Source: Octopus vulgaris | Taxonomy: Eukaryota | Direction: 5' to 3' | DNA length: 64,000 nt | NCBI GenBank assembly: GCA_951406725.2 | Contig: OX597824.1 | Coordinates: forward strand, 27,404,001 to 27,468,000 | Shown: piece by piece, positions 25,765-40,121 of the stretch | How the letters are laid out: each line of letters opens with the position of its first letter | Numbering within the stretch: position 1 is the first letter of the stretch | The notes under the pieces: generated by a model | The model's database searches: none | What the model saw: the letters and a program-made list of their open reading frames with translations, nothing else | What the model was told of the DNA's origin: nothing | Translations under genes and position numbers: made by a program

Positions 25765-26029
25765 TAGTGTTCAGCTGTTGCCGAACGACCTGCACAAAAC
25801 AAATAATCTGTTTATAGTTATCAAATGTTTGAGCTGTACATTGGCTCACTTTCTTCATGAAACGGACGTTATATGAACAGGGTAACGGTGTACCACACGT
25901 CAGGTGTCGAAGTGATTGCAGGGCAACGCGAGATGAAGTGTTTTGCTTAAGATCACAACGCACCACCCAGTCTAGGAACTGAAACTACGATCTCGCGATC
26001 GTGAGTGCAACAACTTAACCACTAGGCCA
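25765..26029 (-). mobile_element. SINE family F (D-type head, different body)
   Basis: Minus-strand head tggcctagtggttaag...cacttcatctcgcgttgc; body homologous to 42030-42170. Confidence 0.7.
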
Positions 26030-26049
26030 ATAAAAATGAACACTCAGCA

Positions 26050-26371
26050 TGAACACTCAGAGGGCACAAGCCTCCGCCAAGGTAACACTAACGTTTGCTC
26101 AACCATTAAATAGAGATGATTTTTGAAATGATAATATCTGAAACGAGAATACGAAAAATGAACCCGATGGCTCTCAAAATTTAAGTAAGAAAAAAAAACT
26201 GCAAAATAATCCAGAATCCTTATCCGGTACCGGATCGATCCCAGAGGCCAAACATCCCTGAAAGTTTCGTCCGAATTCATCCGGCGTTTCTTGAGATATC
26301 TTGTCCACGGACAAACAAACAAACAAACGCGATTGAAAACTATACCTCCACCTTCGCCAAGGCAGAGGTAA
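26050..26371 (+). mobile_element. Non-autonomous Helentron (HINE/DINE-1-like) element
   Basis: Subterminal cctccgccaagg, internal (ACAA)n, terminal stem-loop tacctccaccttcgccaaggcagaggta at 26343-26370. Confidence 0.65.
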
Positions 26372-26377
26372 TAACAA

Positions 26378-26585
26378 TTTCAAACTTTGGCATAAAGCCA
26401 GTGACTTAGTGGGTAGGAAAAGTCGATTATATCGACCCACAGACTCAGCTGGTACTTATTTCATCGAGCCGAAGGGATGAAAAGTAAAGTCGATATCCGT
26501 GGAGTTTGAACTCAGAACATAAAAACGGACGAAATTCAGCGTGCGTATTTTGGCCGGTGTGCTTACGATTCTGCCACTTTACCAC
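26378..26585 (-). mobile_element. SINE family A, degenerate
   Basis: ctggtacttatttcatcgagccgaagggatgaaa...ttgaactcagaac. Confidence 0.8.
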
Positions 26586-27003
26586 ATTCATTATCAATAT
26601 CGGTTGTGGTGTTACTATTGTCCTTTGTTTCCACATCTGAGATACCTTATGTCGGTAGCAGCTGCCTATAGGGGACAATTTTAATTCCGGCTTGTAACTG
26701 AGTCTTGAAGCTTTCTTTGACTACACTTACGTTAATAGGTTTTTTTGTAATATTCCTAGCTGCGGTTAACGAAGTAGTTCTTTGATGGTAGGTGTATTGT
26801 TCCAATTTTGTTTCCTACTTCAGCCAATCTGTTGTCCAATCTATTAGAAACCATACCTATAGATCTTATCACTATTGATGTCTGTGTGCGTACATATATG
26901 TGTTTGCTTCTGTCTATTTGTATATTACTATGTGAATATAGATATGTATGTAAACTCACACACACACATACACATATATATAGACACACACATATATACA
27001 TAT

Positions 27004-27036
<33 letters not shown>

Positions 27037-27060
27037 CGTACATGCCTACCTTCAGACACA

Positions 27061-27107
<47 letters not shown>

Positions 27108-27217
27108 GGGTAAGTTGATGCAAACAGGAAAAATAGAACGAAGATCATGAGTTTATGTATATTTTTATTAGTACTTAGTTATATTAATAATTACTTCTGT
27201 TAAATATTAATAAACAT

Positions 27218-27313
<96 letters not shown>

Positions 27314-28140
27314 GCATACCTTCTTAAGGGAATAGTTATTAGCAATCTGTCGTTTTTACTAGCGATAGCGTTTCAGCTCCTTATCTTTATGATCTTTCTA
27401 GGTTACTCTTGTATTTTCTTTTAGAGCAATATCAATTAGTTGACAGTCTTTTGTCTCAAACTTCACTTTTCTACGTCTACTTCTCATTATCATAAGGGTT
27501 TCATTGAATATTGGAAATTCAGTGAATGCTTGTGTCCTAAAATTCCACGTAAACCAGAAATCTGCTGTTTATAGCACTGTTTCTCTGCTCTTTCTAGTGT
27601 ATGGTTGGCCTTTTTTTTTTTTATCTATAGTGAAGGCTTTTGCGAAAAAAGCACCTTAATCATCTCTGTTGAGCCCGGGCTGTTTTCAGAAGGAAGTGTC
27701 AAGTGTCAGGTATATGTCCCAGCTCTCCATTCATGAACAGGCCACGCAGGAAAGACGAGTCAATATGTTAAAAATATCCATGGAGCTCTAGCAGGTGCCT
27801 GCTATTTGTTAAGTTTAACTGTACGAATCAGCCTTAGGGGTACCTCCCTTCGAATTTGCTGCGAGGGTTTTCTCACTTATCTCAATAAACTTCCTTGAAA
27901 ACAGCAGATATTTATCCTTATAATGAACATAATTTTTGCAGAGCCAGTTTCATTCTCTCAATCTTACGTATTTTATCGGTCAGGTGAAACAAATGCCACA
28001 AGCCTAGTAGTTATCACGATGCAGGATTTGTATGAAATTACCTCCTCTTAGCTGAGAAGCTAAAAAAACAAAAGGACCTCATCTGCTTTGGTTAATTTGT
28101 CGTGTCTGAGATTAACTTTCTTTCGGTGGCAATTCTGATG

Positions 28141-28500
<360 letters not shown>

Positions 28501-28949
28501 TTCTGTGCGTATGTATGTTCCCTTCTGCTTTTAATTATCTAACTCCTTCCTCTGAAGAAGGAGCTGCTTTCTAAGAACTATACAAAGCTCTATTAATGGT
28601 ATGTAAATGACAGAAACAATATCGCCTTTTAAACCTGAGAAAAGTCTTGCATATTGTTCCACTAAGAATTTGTATTTACAATGCGCGAGTTAGTTGCTTC
28701 AGTTCTTATCCTATAAATCTAAGCTTACCCAGACTGTGAGTTAAGCGTATTTACTCACAAAACCAAGGGCATTGTGTGTGTGTGTGTGTGTTTCATTCAT
28801 TTACTTCATGCAACAAGCTATAGATGTCTACCTTCCTTCCTTTCTCTTTTGGAATAATTAATGTCGTTTGTTTAGTTAATTAATAAACGACCGAAATAAT
28901 TAAAAGATTCACTATGATGATTATTTTCAACGCAACAATCATATCGATA

Positions 28950-29145
28950 AGAGCTGAAACCTTGCAGAATAGTCAGCATGCCGGACAGAATGCTTTGCGG
29001 CATTTCGTCCGTCTTTATGCTCTGTGTTCACATTCTGCTGATTTTACCTCTTTTTCATCTGTATCGATAAAATAAAGTATCACTCAAAAGCTGCAGTAGA
29101 TATGAAAGGCTTTTATTTTTCCTTCAAAATTTCTGTTCTTGAGCC
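28950..29145 (+). mobile_element. SINE family A, degenerate
   Basis: gcagaatagtcagcatgccggacagaatgc...tcgataaaataaagtatc. Confidence 0.65.
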
Positions 29146-29511
29146 CTGCAAAGGACCAATGTCCTGCTCAGAAGCAATATTGTGATCTTAGACACAGATA
29201 CGCGATGGAAACTGGTTAACCATCCCAACGCACGAGAAAAAGTACATGTCCTTGCTAACACGTGCCATTTTTATAATATTACCTGCAAAAGTCTGTATAT
29301 TTAATCTGATGGATTTTACTGTTGCTATTAATTTCAATAGCAACGAAAAAGCACCATAACTTAATACCGAGATGTATTTTCTCCGATGCTCTAGCGATGC
29401 AAAAGTATCACCAAAATAGCATTCGAGTATATTATAGATTCAGCAACGAACAGGAACTCCATGAAAATTAGAGATTTTAGGAGAAATGCCTCCGGATAAT
29501 AACACGGACTC

Positions 29512-29742
29512 GAGGCGTGGCCCAGTCGTTAGAGTGACGTTGCAAGTTCAATTCCAGACTGGGTGACGCGTTGTGTTTTTGAACAAGAGAGATCATTTCA
29601 CGTTGCTCCCGTGCATTCGACTGTAAATATGTAAACCTGTGACGGACTGGCCTCCCTTTCAGACGAGGTGTTGTGATCTCGATCACTTGTGCACCATGTG
29701 AAACGAGTAACAAGCCGTACCAGTCGCAGTGCTCGAGACGGT
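29512..29742 (+). mobile_element. SINE family E (D-type head/body plus V-domain-like segment)
   Basis: A box tggcccagtcg, B box agttcaattcc, catttcacgttgctcc, then cctgtgacggactggcctccc and gctcgagacgg, shared with 43000-43085. Confidence 0.7.
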
Positions 29743-29925
29743 AATGATAATGATGATGACGACGATTACGACGATGATGATGATGATGATGGCGCTACTG
29801 CTGAAGGTAATGACGACAACGACGATGATGACGATGACGAGGTCACCGACGACGACGACAATAATAACGGCGACAATGACGATGATGATGATGATGATGA
29901 TGATGACGACGACGACGACGACGAC

Positions 29926-29963
<38 letters not shown>

Positions 29964-29985
29964 CGACGACGACGACGACGACGAC

Positions 29986-30019
<34 letters not shown>

Positions 30020-30026
30020 GTGATGG

Positions 30027-30071
<45 letters not shown>

Positions 30072-30126
30072 CGACGACGATGACGATGATGATAATGATG
30101 ATGATGATGATGACGACGACGACGAC

Positions 30127-30164
<38 letters not shown>

Positions 30165-30183
30165 CGACGACGACGACGACGAC

Positions 30184-30218
<35 letters not shown>

Positions 30219-30272
30219 CGACGACGACGATGACGGCGACCATGATGATGATGATAATAATGGCAGTGATGA
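29743..30272. repeat. Alternating (GAT)n/(GAC)n tract at the SINE tail
   Basis: Directly visible. Confidence 0.97.
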
Positions 30273-30873
30273 TGTATGTACGTTATAGATTCAGTAGCGA
30301 TGAGAATTCCTCTAAACTCGGTAGAATTTCGGAAGAGATTCCTTCGAAAATTAACGCGGACGAAAAAGTCCAATGAAGATACAGAAATTAAAAGTGTGGA
30401 AATCTAATATGAAAATTTAACCAAAGCATAATCTTGATAGATTGATGATATTAAATTTATGTGTTCAAGGTTAATTAAATATTGATTTGTTATTGATGAA
30501 GATTGTGCGACAGGATACAGAAATTGGCGTCCATTTATAAAGCTGCTAATATAATTGCATACGCACACACACACACACCGACGTTTCCTTTCCTCTCTCC
30601 GCCCGTCCGTCTGTATGTCTCGTTCCTCCACTCTCTCTCTCGCTATCACACGCACGCACACCCCGCGCACTCACACGTGTATACACATATACACATCAGC
30701 ACACTACACATCGGTTCACACATATACATTCGTAGCACTCACATATATTGCTAATAGATATATAATATATTTCTGTGTACGTACGTATGTATGTATGTAT
30801 GTATTTGTATGTGCACGTTTGTGCGTGTATTTGTGTGCGTGTGATTGTGTGTGTGTTTGAATGTGTGTGTGTG

Positions 30874-30922
<49 letters not shown>

Positions 30923-31568
30923 ATGTGCATGTGCCTCATATTTATGAATGGTCACTTGCATATCTGAATCTATGTCTGCGATCTATCCGAAAGCTCTCTT
31001 AAATCTGTCTGCACAAGAGCAACCGAGGATCATAAAGCCACACATACACACATACACACACACACACAAACATACACACACAGACGCACATGCACATACA
31101 CACACCACATACACACACACACACAGTCTCACTCGCTCTATCTCTCTCTCAGGCACATATGCACGTCCAACAGACAAACCCACTCACACGCAATCGCATA
31201 CTCTTAAACATACGCGACAAAATTATCTCACGTAAATACACCTAAATTATTAAGATGATGATAATAAGCGATGAAGCCTCTTCAATAACAGATGTCACTT
31301 AAACAATGGAATTTCCGCTTAATATTTCGCTTTATTGGTACATTGAACACTTTGGATATTGTAAACATTCGAAGGACAGATCAGCAGAAGACCACTTACA
31401 AATAAAGTTACTGAAAGGCAGAATCGGTAGAACATCAAATATGAAACTGGAAGGTACGGAATCATATGTTTCAGAAAAGATTTCAAATGGCACCGATAGA
31501 ACTTTACCTCTCGTTGTTCTGGTGGCAATAAAACGTGTAACCATTTAAATCCTGGAAAAGCTTTCATA

Positions 31569-32384
31569 TTGGGTTGGCAACTAAATTCTCGCCGTTTTCT
31601 TTTTAAATTTCTGAATTTATTGCGTTTTTAAATTTTGGAATCATTTTTTTTTTCGAGAATTCTATTTTGGAATCTATTGTCTTCTTTTTTCCAAGTTAAT
31701 TTTAGTTAATTTTTGTTTATTTTCAGATCATTAAAATGGAATGTCAAGTTAAGAAAAACGAGCATTTTCGACACCTCATTCTTTTAGTTTTTAATCAAGG
31801 TTCTAAGGCTGTAAAAGCTGCTCGCGAGATTTCTGTTGTGTATAGTGAGGGGCCATAGCTGAAAGAACCACTCGTGATTCGTATGCCAAGTTCAAAAATG
31901 GAAATTTTGACGTCAAACACACCCCTAGTTCTGGCCGTCCAGTTGAGTTCGATGAAGAGCGATTAAACCAACTTTTCCACGAATATTCTCGTCAAACGAC
32001 AAGGGAGCTGGTAGAGAAAATGGAATGCTCCCACACTTCTTTAGAGAAGCATCTTCACTCGATGGGAAAGATTCAGAAGTATGGATCATGGGTTCCGCAT
32101 GATTTGAATGACAACAACAAAAATCAACGAGCCACAATCTCCGCTGGTTTGCTTGCTTGTCACCGCTCAACTCATGGACTCAAGCAACGATTTCTTTACC
32201 AAATCGTTACTGGCGGCGAAAATTGGTGCCTGTACATCAGTATGAAGCAGCGTAGGGAATGGCTTAGCCTCGGTAAACAAGAGACGCCGCGCGTGAAACA
32301 AGATCTTCATCCGCGTAAAACGATGTTGTGCGTATAGTGAGACTGGGAAGGAATTATCCATTACGAATTGTTTGAACAGAACCA

Positions 32385-32387
<3 letters not shown>
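31569..32387 (+). mobile_element. Mariner relic: left TIR plus frameshifted transposase N-terminal half
   Basis: TA followed by ttgggttggcaactaa; ATG 31736 gives MECQVKKNEHFRHL, frameshift near 31850, then SGRPVEFDEE, WVPHDL, IVTGGENW (first catalytic D lost) and LHPRKTMLCV. Confidence 0.92.
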
Positions 32388-32428
<41 letters not shown>

Positions 32429-32529
32429 GTATGTATGTACGTATACGCACACACACACACACACACACATACACACACACACACACAAACACAAAGATAA
32501 ATTGATATATACTACTGAGTGGGCAAACA

Positions 32530-32885
32530 AAAATATGAGACACTGCCTAGTGTTTTTTTTTATTTTGATAAGCCTGGTACTTATTCTATCAGTTTCTTCT
32601 TGTGAAACCAGTAAGTTATGGGGATGTAAATAAACAAACACCAGTTGTGAAGCAAGGACGAGGAAGAAACACAAAGACACACACATAGACTTACATATAT
32701 ACATACATACATATATATACAATTGATTTCTTTCAGTTTCTGTCTAAAAAATCCACTGACAAGGCTTTGGTTGGTCTGAGGCTATAGCAGAAGACAATGC
32801 TAAGTTACCATACAGTGGGACTGAACTCAGGGCCATGTGTTTTGGAACGAAGTTTGTTACCACACAGCCACACCTGCACCTATGC
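32530..32885 (-). mobile_element. SINE family B
   Basis: Reverse complement of the family B consensus; ends ttaccacacagccacacctgcacc. Confidence 0.85.
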
Positions 32886-33073
32886 ATGTGTTTGTGTGTG
32901 TATATGTGTGTATGGGTGTATATATGTATGCATGTATATATGTGTATATATATGTGTCCATATTACATGTACATCTATATGTACATCTACACATACATAT
33001 ATACATATACATGTATACATATACATCTATATATATACATGTATATATATATATATACATCCACATATACATG

Positions 33074-33123
<50 letters not shown>

Positions 33124-33133
33124 TATATCTATA

Positions 33134-33248
<115 letters not shown>

Positions 33249-33334
33249 AATTAAAATTTAAAATAAGGGTGAAAAATTGAATGCTAATTTGATTAATATG
33301 AATTTAAAACCAGTATTGTAGCATATAAGGCCAT

Positions 33335-33896
33335 ATCGGATCTTCTTGTAGCATAATGGATGTCCAGTTACAGTTCATCCCTGTTATATATACTACATGG
33401 ACCCTAAGTAAGGCATGTGTAAAATTTGAATGAAATTGGTTGTGTTTTTCTTAAGTTTTAGAAATTCACAGAAACAGACAGACAGACACACATTGTCAGT
33501 TTTATATATATAGATTATTTAAATTATTTTTATTATTATATATATATACATGTGGCATATAAACCATAGCGGATCTTCTTCTAGCATAAGGGATGTCCAG
33601 TTACAGTTCAGTTTCACTTTATTAGTTTCAGTATTAAAGTGAAAGTATGTGACATTACAATAGAGAGATGTTTTTGTTTCACTTTTGACACGTAATACTG
33701 AAATATTGGAGAAGATAGGATATTGCTGAGGTCTCGCTCTAGGCCAACGGTTAAAAGTTTTTTTGCCCATGACACTACATGGAGCCTAAATAAGGTATGT
33801 GTAAAATTTGAATGAAATTAGTTGTTTAGTTCTGAAGTTTTAGGGATTCACACAGACAGACAGACAGACACACATTCTCAGTTTTATATACATAGA
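33335..33896 (-). mobile_element. Two tandem Helitron-like 5' segments
   Basis: Each starts TCTATA(T/G)...ATAAAACTGA...(GTCT)n...aatttcattcaaattttacaca on the minus strand (near 33514 and 33895); both begin at the shared cggatcttct...agcata.gggatgtccagttacagttca. Confidence 0.6.
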
Positions 33897-34600
33897 TATC
33901 AGTCTAACTATGCACATAGACATAGACAGACACACACACACACATATATACACATATGATGTAGTCGTGAACTGGAGTTGATACATTATTTAAATTATAT
34001 TCCGTAGTACTATGCATCCATGTTCAAATCTTGTCAAGGTCAAAATCGCCTTTCATCACCCCAGTAGACAACAAGAATCGATTAAATAAATACCAAGCAA
34101 TTATTAGGGTCAATTAAATCATCTAAAAAAAAAACAAAGAAACAAAAACAGAAAACTACTACCCTTATCCCCTGCACGCTCCACACTACAAAACTTCTAC
34201 GAATTACGAGTCGGTAGCCACATATCAATGTCAGAAATTAAATATTTATATCAATAGATAATTTTGGCATGTTACTATAATGGTTCACGGCTGTCTCCCT
34301 AGGCATTTAACTGTTCGATTTGATTATAGTCCGAATTGGCATAAAGATTAAGGTTTTTATATGAAACCTATACGTGTAGGTTATCAGCTGAGTTTATGCA
34401 CACCATATTGTATTTATCAGATTTCTTATCTGTGTTCATTTGGTTGCAGTAAACTCAGTATCTTATGTGTTGATGATGTTGTAGTTGTTGGTATTGTTGG
34501 TGTTGTTGTTGTTGTTGGTATTGTGATAAAGGAAGAATCATTGTACATTTATTTGTGGTGCTCTATCAATAAACATGATTTCTCTGCTAGTTTGAACTTC

Positions 34601-34639
<39 letters not shown>

Positions 34640-34643
34640 ATAT

Positions 34644-34719
<76 letters not shown>

Positions 34720-34734
34720 ATATATATATGTATG

Positions 34735-34790
<56 letters not shown>

Positions 34791-34958
34791 CATACATACA
34801 TACATATATATGCATACTTATATATCTGCATATATTCATTACACACAAACGCACATATATACATATGTCTATATATTTATTCATATGCATATATGTATGT
34901 GTGTATATATGTATGTATATGTATGTATATATATTACGAATACGTATATGTATGTATG

Positions 34959-35002
<44 letters not shown>

Positions 35003-35309
35003 GATCGTCATTATCATTAGTAATAAAACTACAGAAACAACAAGAATAAAATTAATAGTATTAATAAAGAAAATAATAATGATAATAACAATATTTCTCG
35101 AGTGTTGAGTGGTAGTATTATTAAATCTTCTCAACTTACTTCACAGAGTTTTATTTCATTTCTCTTTGTGAGTTCCAATCCCTACCACTTCTCAATTTGT
35201 CCCAGTCTACATATAATTATTTTCCTTCTTTGAAACAATCCCGCTGATCCTGCTTACTTTTGCCCATCAATCCCATTCAGTTCCACTGCCTTTTATGTAA
35301 CGAAGACAC

Positions 35310-36180
35310 CCATTAGGAACTATGTCCTCCCAACAACTGAATCTCTATCTTCTGAACAACAAGTTGTGACTTACTCCCTTATGTCTTTACCAGTGGCCTC
35401 TTATATATAGAGACGAAAGGAATGTTTTCGTTTTCATCAGCAGCCAAAATTCGGCCGCATGTAGCATCCAAACTACATGTCTATAGGCTCCACTGCCTGC
35501 CTGCAGTCTTACCTGTCTGCCTATAGATTCTACTGCCCGCCCTTAAGCTCCGCTACTTCTAATTATGTCTCACTGCTTGACTTTCCACTTCCATAATTTA
35601 AATGAGATTCTACCAAATTCCATTATGATATCGGCTGGTATTCTCTCAAATATGGTGTTTTCTTTGCTTCATTTTTTCTCTACTAATTCCATTTTTATAT
35701 TCTGCATCATATATGTACTCCAATGCCCTGATCTTTTACTTAGATGACACTAGGTTTCCTTCTACCCTAACCTTCACCAAATATTGGACATCCGTTCGCA
35801 GCCTACACAACATTCTTCTAACCCACATCTATTCTATGAAGAGAGACATCAGATGTGTCTTCCGAAGGAGCTATATCAATTTTCTTTCATTCAATAGCAA
35901 GGAAACACAAACGCTAATTATATCAAGAAAATATCATTGCACCCCCGTCCCTTTCAGACATAAGCTTCCAGCAGAAAGACCCCCGTCGACTGCTCAAAAT
36001 GTTGGGCCAAAATATCACCGAATATCATTTTTGACTAAAGCATATCTTTAAAGTAGCTAAGACCCTGTCCTAGAATCTATCAGAAAACCCTTCATCCTAG
36101 AACAATTCTTAAGATTACAAAGCTCAGGTGAGGTCTCACAATAGACATCTCACATTAGAGACTCCTGTTATTGCTGTACA
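35310..36180 (+). pseudogene. Highly degenerate non-LTR reverse transcriptase (Jockey/CR1-like)
   Basis: Motif remnants in the expected order: ISAGILSNMVFS (cf. AGVPQGSVLSP), YLDDT (cf. YADD), SFNSKETQTLIISRK, EQFLRL and YKAQVR. Confidence 0.6.
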
Positions 36181-37334
36181 CAAAATTATCCTTTAAGGAG
36201 AAAATAGTCTACCGACTAATTGGCATTTAAACATTCAATGACCAAACACACTTCAAGCTCAGACCCACAGGAGCACTGTCCTCCCCCTCAGTCATTTTTG
36301 CAGCTACTCTAAAGGCCCCTCATCCTCGAACTTGGTTGGGCTTATGCAACATCCACTCAGGTATTCTCGTCCTCGCAGTTTCCAGCGACGATAGGTTTGA
36401 CAGCATATTACAAATAATTAATGTTCAAGTGAAATTAATGATCTATATCTGTTTCTAAATAGTTAAGTTATGTCTTCAACGCTGCAATCGTTTTAGACAC
36501 ACACAAAAACACACATACACACACACATACACACACATACACACATCACAACATCACAGTTTATGCATGAACTTAGTATAAAAGTACAATATTCATTTTG
36601 GCCACTGTAAATACAACTTCAGTTAGGCACCCCACACGCCACTCCACATATATGTAGATGTGTATATGTGCGCATCATCTTCTCCGAGTGTCTGTCAAGT
36701 AATCAGCATCTGTGCGTTGTTAAACTTATTTCACAATATAAATACAATATTATGTTATGAAGTTGGCATAAATATTTAAAGATACAATGTCAATTTTAAT
36801 AGATTGCCAAGCAACAATCTTATGAATTAATACTGAAGATAATTTCAAAGACAGACTAAAAACATGGAATGGTTGAAAGGAAGCTATGTATATAATACAT
36901 ATCTCCATATGAAAACAAGCAATTGCTTTCTGAAAATCTAACTCTTTCACTGCAAGTATATCTGATATCTAGACTAATTCCCCTTGACTGCGGTAAGAAA
37001 CTCTCAAGAGAGCTGCAAAGTAGAAGGTCATCAGAAAAGAAAACTCACCCTAGACAAGTGCTTCGATCCTTAACTTATACGCCAGTTGGGCCGGGATGCA
37101 TCCAGCTCAATGCCGTTCTGCTGACCCTTTTTTGCCACTTGGATATCGGAGACTTCTGCATTTAAACGGCTTGGAGATTTCATCTAGTTGTGACTCCTCT
37201 CCCTTGACTCACCTTTCAAATTTATAGTTAAGTAATAGAAGAAATAACGCTCGTTGTCATGGTAGTGGTGAAGCGTCAACACTATCACAACGACTAACTT
37301 AGACTTATATTCCCTTAGGGCTGAAACAAAAATA

Positions 37335-38149
37335 TTCTTTTCTATTCTAGGTTCAAGAGCCGAAATTTTTAGAGAGGGAGCCAGTCGATTAGATCGGCTC
37401 CAGGGCGCAACTGGTGCGTAATTTATGGACCCCGAAAGGATGAAAGGCGGAATTTGAACTCAGAACGTAATGACTCACGAGATACCTATTTCTTTACTAC
37501 CCACAAGGGGCTAAACACAGAGAGGACAAAGAAGGACAGACAAACGAATTAAGTTGATTACATCGACACCAGTACGTAACTGGTACTTATTTAATTGACC
37601 CCGAAAGGATGAAAGGCAAAGTCGACATCAGCGGAATTTGAACTCAGAACGTAATGACCGACGAAATACCTATTTCTTTACTAGCCACAAGGGGCTAAAC
37701 ACAGAGAGGACAAAGAAGGACAGACAAACGGATTAAGTTGATTACATCGACCCCGAAAGGGTGAAAGGCAAAGTCGACATCAGCGGAATTTGAACTCAGA
37801 ACGTAATGACCGACGAAATACCTATTTCTTTACTAGCCACAAAGGGCTAAACACAGAGGGAACAAAGAAGGACAGACAAAAGGATTAAGTTGATTACATC
37901 GACCCCAGTGCGTAACTGGTACTTATTTAATCGACCTCGAAAGGATGAAAGGAAAAGTCGACATCAGTGGAATTTGAACTCAGAACGTAACGGCAGACGA
38001 AATAGCTATTTCTTTACTACCCACAAGGCGCTAAACACAAAGGGGACAAACAAGGTCAGACAAACAGATTAAGTCTATTTTATGGACCCCAGTGCGTAAC
38101 TGGTACTTAATTTATCGACCCCGAAAGGATGAAAGGCAAAGTCGACCTC
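37335..38149 (-). mobile_element. Tandem array of SINE family A: four tail-1 units and a final tail-2 unit
   Basis: Unit cctatttctttact...ggggctaaacacaga...gaactcagaacgtaa recurs at about 37485, 37669, 37821 and 38006. Confidence 0.9.
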
Positions 38150-38664
38150 ACAAGTTGTAAGCGGACAAAGGAATAAATGAATAAGATTTTTTTCTTAAAT
38201 GGTTAATTGTTGATCGATTTGTGGCTTAAAGTTGTAAAACCCATTGCCGTCATCAGTAGAATATGCTTATAGTATATAAATGAAAATATTTATACACACC
38301 CATACGAAAAACGTATACCCGCACCATTGTAAACATACATTTACATGTATACACTAGTTAAATCAAATTTTCTCATCTCAACCACGTATTTCTACGAACA
38401 AAATAATATCGCATCGAAAGTAATTTGATTAGGAGTAGAAAATAAAATATTTTTACAAAATTAAAGATAAAACCATTTTAATGATTTTATCAAGTGGACG
38501 GCATTTAATAAAATCATATACTAATATATAATTATATAATATAATTATATTAAAGGGTGCAGATAAATCCCTCCCACCAACACGCTAGAAATAAATGTCA
38601 AATGGCTCTAAAAACCACGTAGTACTCTGTATTAGTATTAGTATATTAATATATATATAAACAA

Positions 38665-38808
38665 TTGCAGCGTGGAAGGTGTTTGTAAGCCATTTAAGAA
38701 ACACACAAAAGCCGTTCGATTCACTTCTACATTTAAGTTTAATTTGTCAAAATATTTTCGTCACTTTAAGACCGCGACCTGTTCACTGATAAAAATCCGT
38801 GCTGCATC
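38665..38808 (-). mobile_element. Single copy of the 47804 Penelope-like repeat with a hammerhead-like fold
   Basis: Near-identical to 47802-47930; minus strand reads tcaGTGAACAGgtcgcggtcttaaagtgacGAAAatatTTtga. Confidence 0.7.
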
Positions 38809-38836
38809 AGTATATATATATATATATATATATATA

Positions 38837-39227
38837 TAAGTTGGCTAGCAGCAAGCTGTTTCACCTCATACCGAAGGAATTAGAAATGGCAGTCAAAGAC
38901 CGTTTTTTCCATTTCTATAAGTGGAGATTCCAAAAACGAAGGCCCTTGCGGCTCACATACACAAAACCGGAGTGGCAAATATACGAATTCAGTCACTTAC
39001 CGTTAATAGCGAACACGGTGTTTCTGGATCACAAACATATAAAAAAAGGGGAGTTTGAATTCCTTCTTCAGCGCTATATTCGTTAGCTTTATCAAATGCC
39101 ACCAGCCCTCACTTCTGACCCAGCGACATCAGATAGTGGGGGGAAGTGCGCAGATGTTAAAACCAAGTAACGACTGGGAACGTAAATTTTCCCTCCAAAA
39201 TTCTGCCATGCGCTGCTAGCCAACTTA
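38837..39227. mobile_element. MITE of about 390 bp with perfect terminal inverted repeats
   Basis: taagttggctagcagc (38837-38852) and gctgctagccaactta (39212-39227); the terminal TA fits a TA target duplication. Confidence 0.8.
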
Positions 39228-39356
39228 TTTTTCTTTACTATATACTGAACCTTACAAAGGTCTTGACAATTATTTTGTCGTATTTACATACCGAAATTTA
39301 CCGGTAAATAATTGTTGGTTACATGAAAAACCACAGGAAAATTATTTACCATTTTT

Positions 39357-39412
<56 letters not shown>

Positions 39413-39421
39413 TACATCTAC

Positions 39422-39461
<40 letters not shown>

Positions 39462-39470
39462 GTGTGTGTA

Positions 39471-39541
<71 letters not shown>

Positions 39542-39548
39542 GCATATA

Positions 39549-39637
<89 letters not shown>

Positions 39638-39659
39638 ATACACGCATAAGCTTGAGTAT

Positions 39660-39815
39660 GAGTATACGGCGGGTTTCTGTCAGCATCTGTCTTCCGAATA
39701 CATTTACCCACTTGGAGGTCTTTGGTCGACACTTGGTACAGTTGGAGACATTTGGTCAAATAGCCACGCAACCGGAAGCTCTGCAGTTGGGAAGCAAAGT
39801 TCCTACTATTCACCT
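39660..39815 (-). mobile_element. SINE family B, 5' half, degenerate
   Basis: gttgggaagcaaagttcctact, reverse complement of the family B head. Confidence 0.6.
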
Positions 39816-40121
39816 CTATTTCATGACTTATCCAAATATCACATAAAACATTTAAATGACAGTTTTCTAAATATATTAATCTGTTAATATATGAAACAGT
39901 ATCCGAAAAAAAAAGTACTGTCGACAGATTATTATACGATACAAAGGATTTACTTTTATTTTAAATGATGTTCTCATAGTATTTACTTCTGAAATATTGT
40001 ATCTATATTATATTGTAGTAGCTTTTTCTTTTTTATATTCATATCAGTCATGTTTACTGTCATTTAATCCTAACTGAATGTAGAATAAAAAATTGGCTTG
40101 TTACCATGATAGGTTAATCAC

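Noticed and set aside
32378-32388. aaccaata as a remnant right TIR joined by microhomology
   Set aside because: Equally explained by coding sequence (N-Q) running into a TA microsatellite
37335-38149. CRISPR-like regular repeat array
   Set aside because: Whole units repeat with no unique spacers, they derive from a SINE, and there are no cas genes
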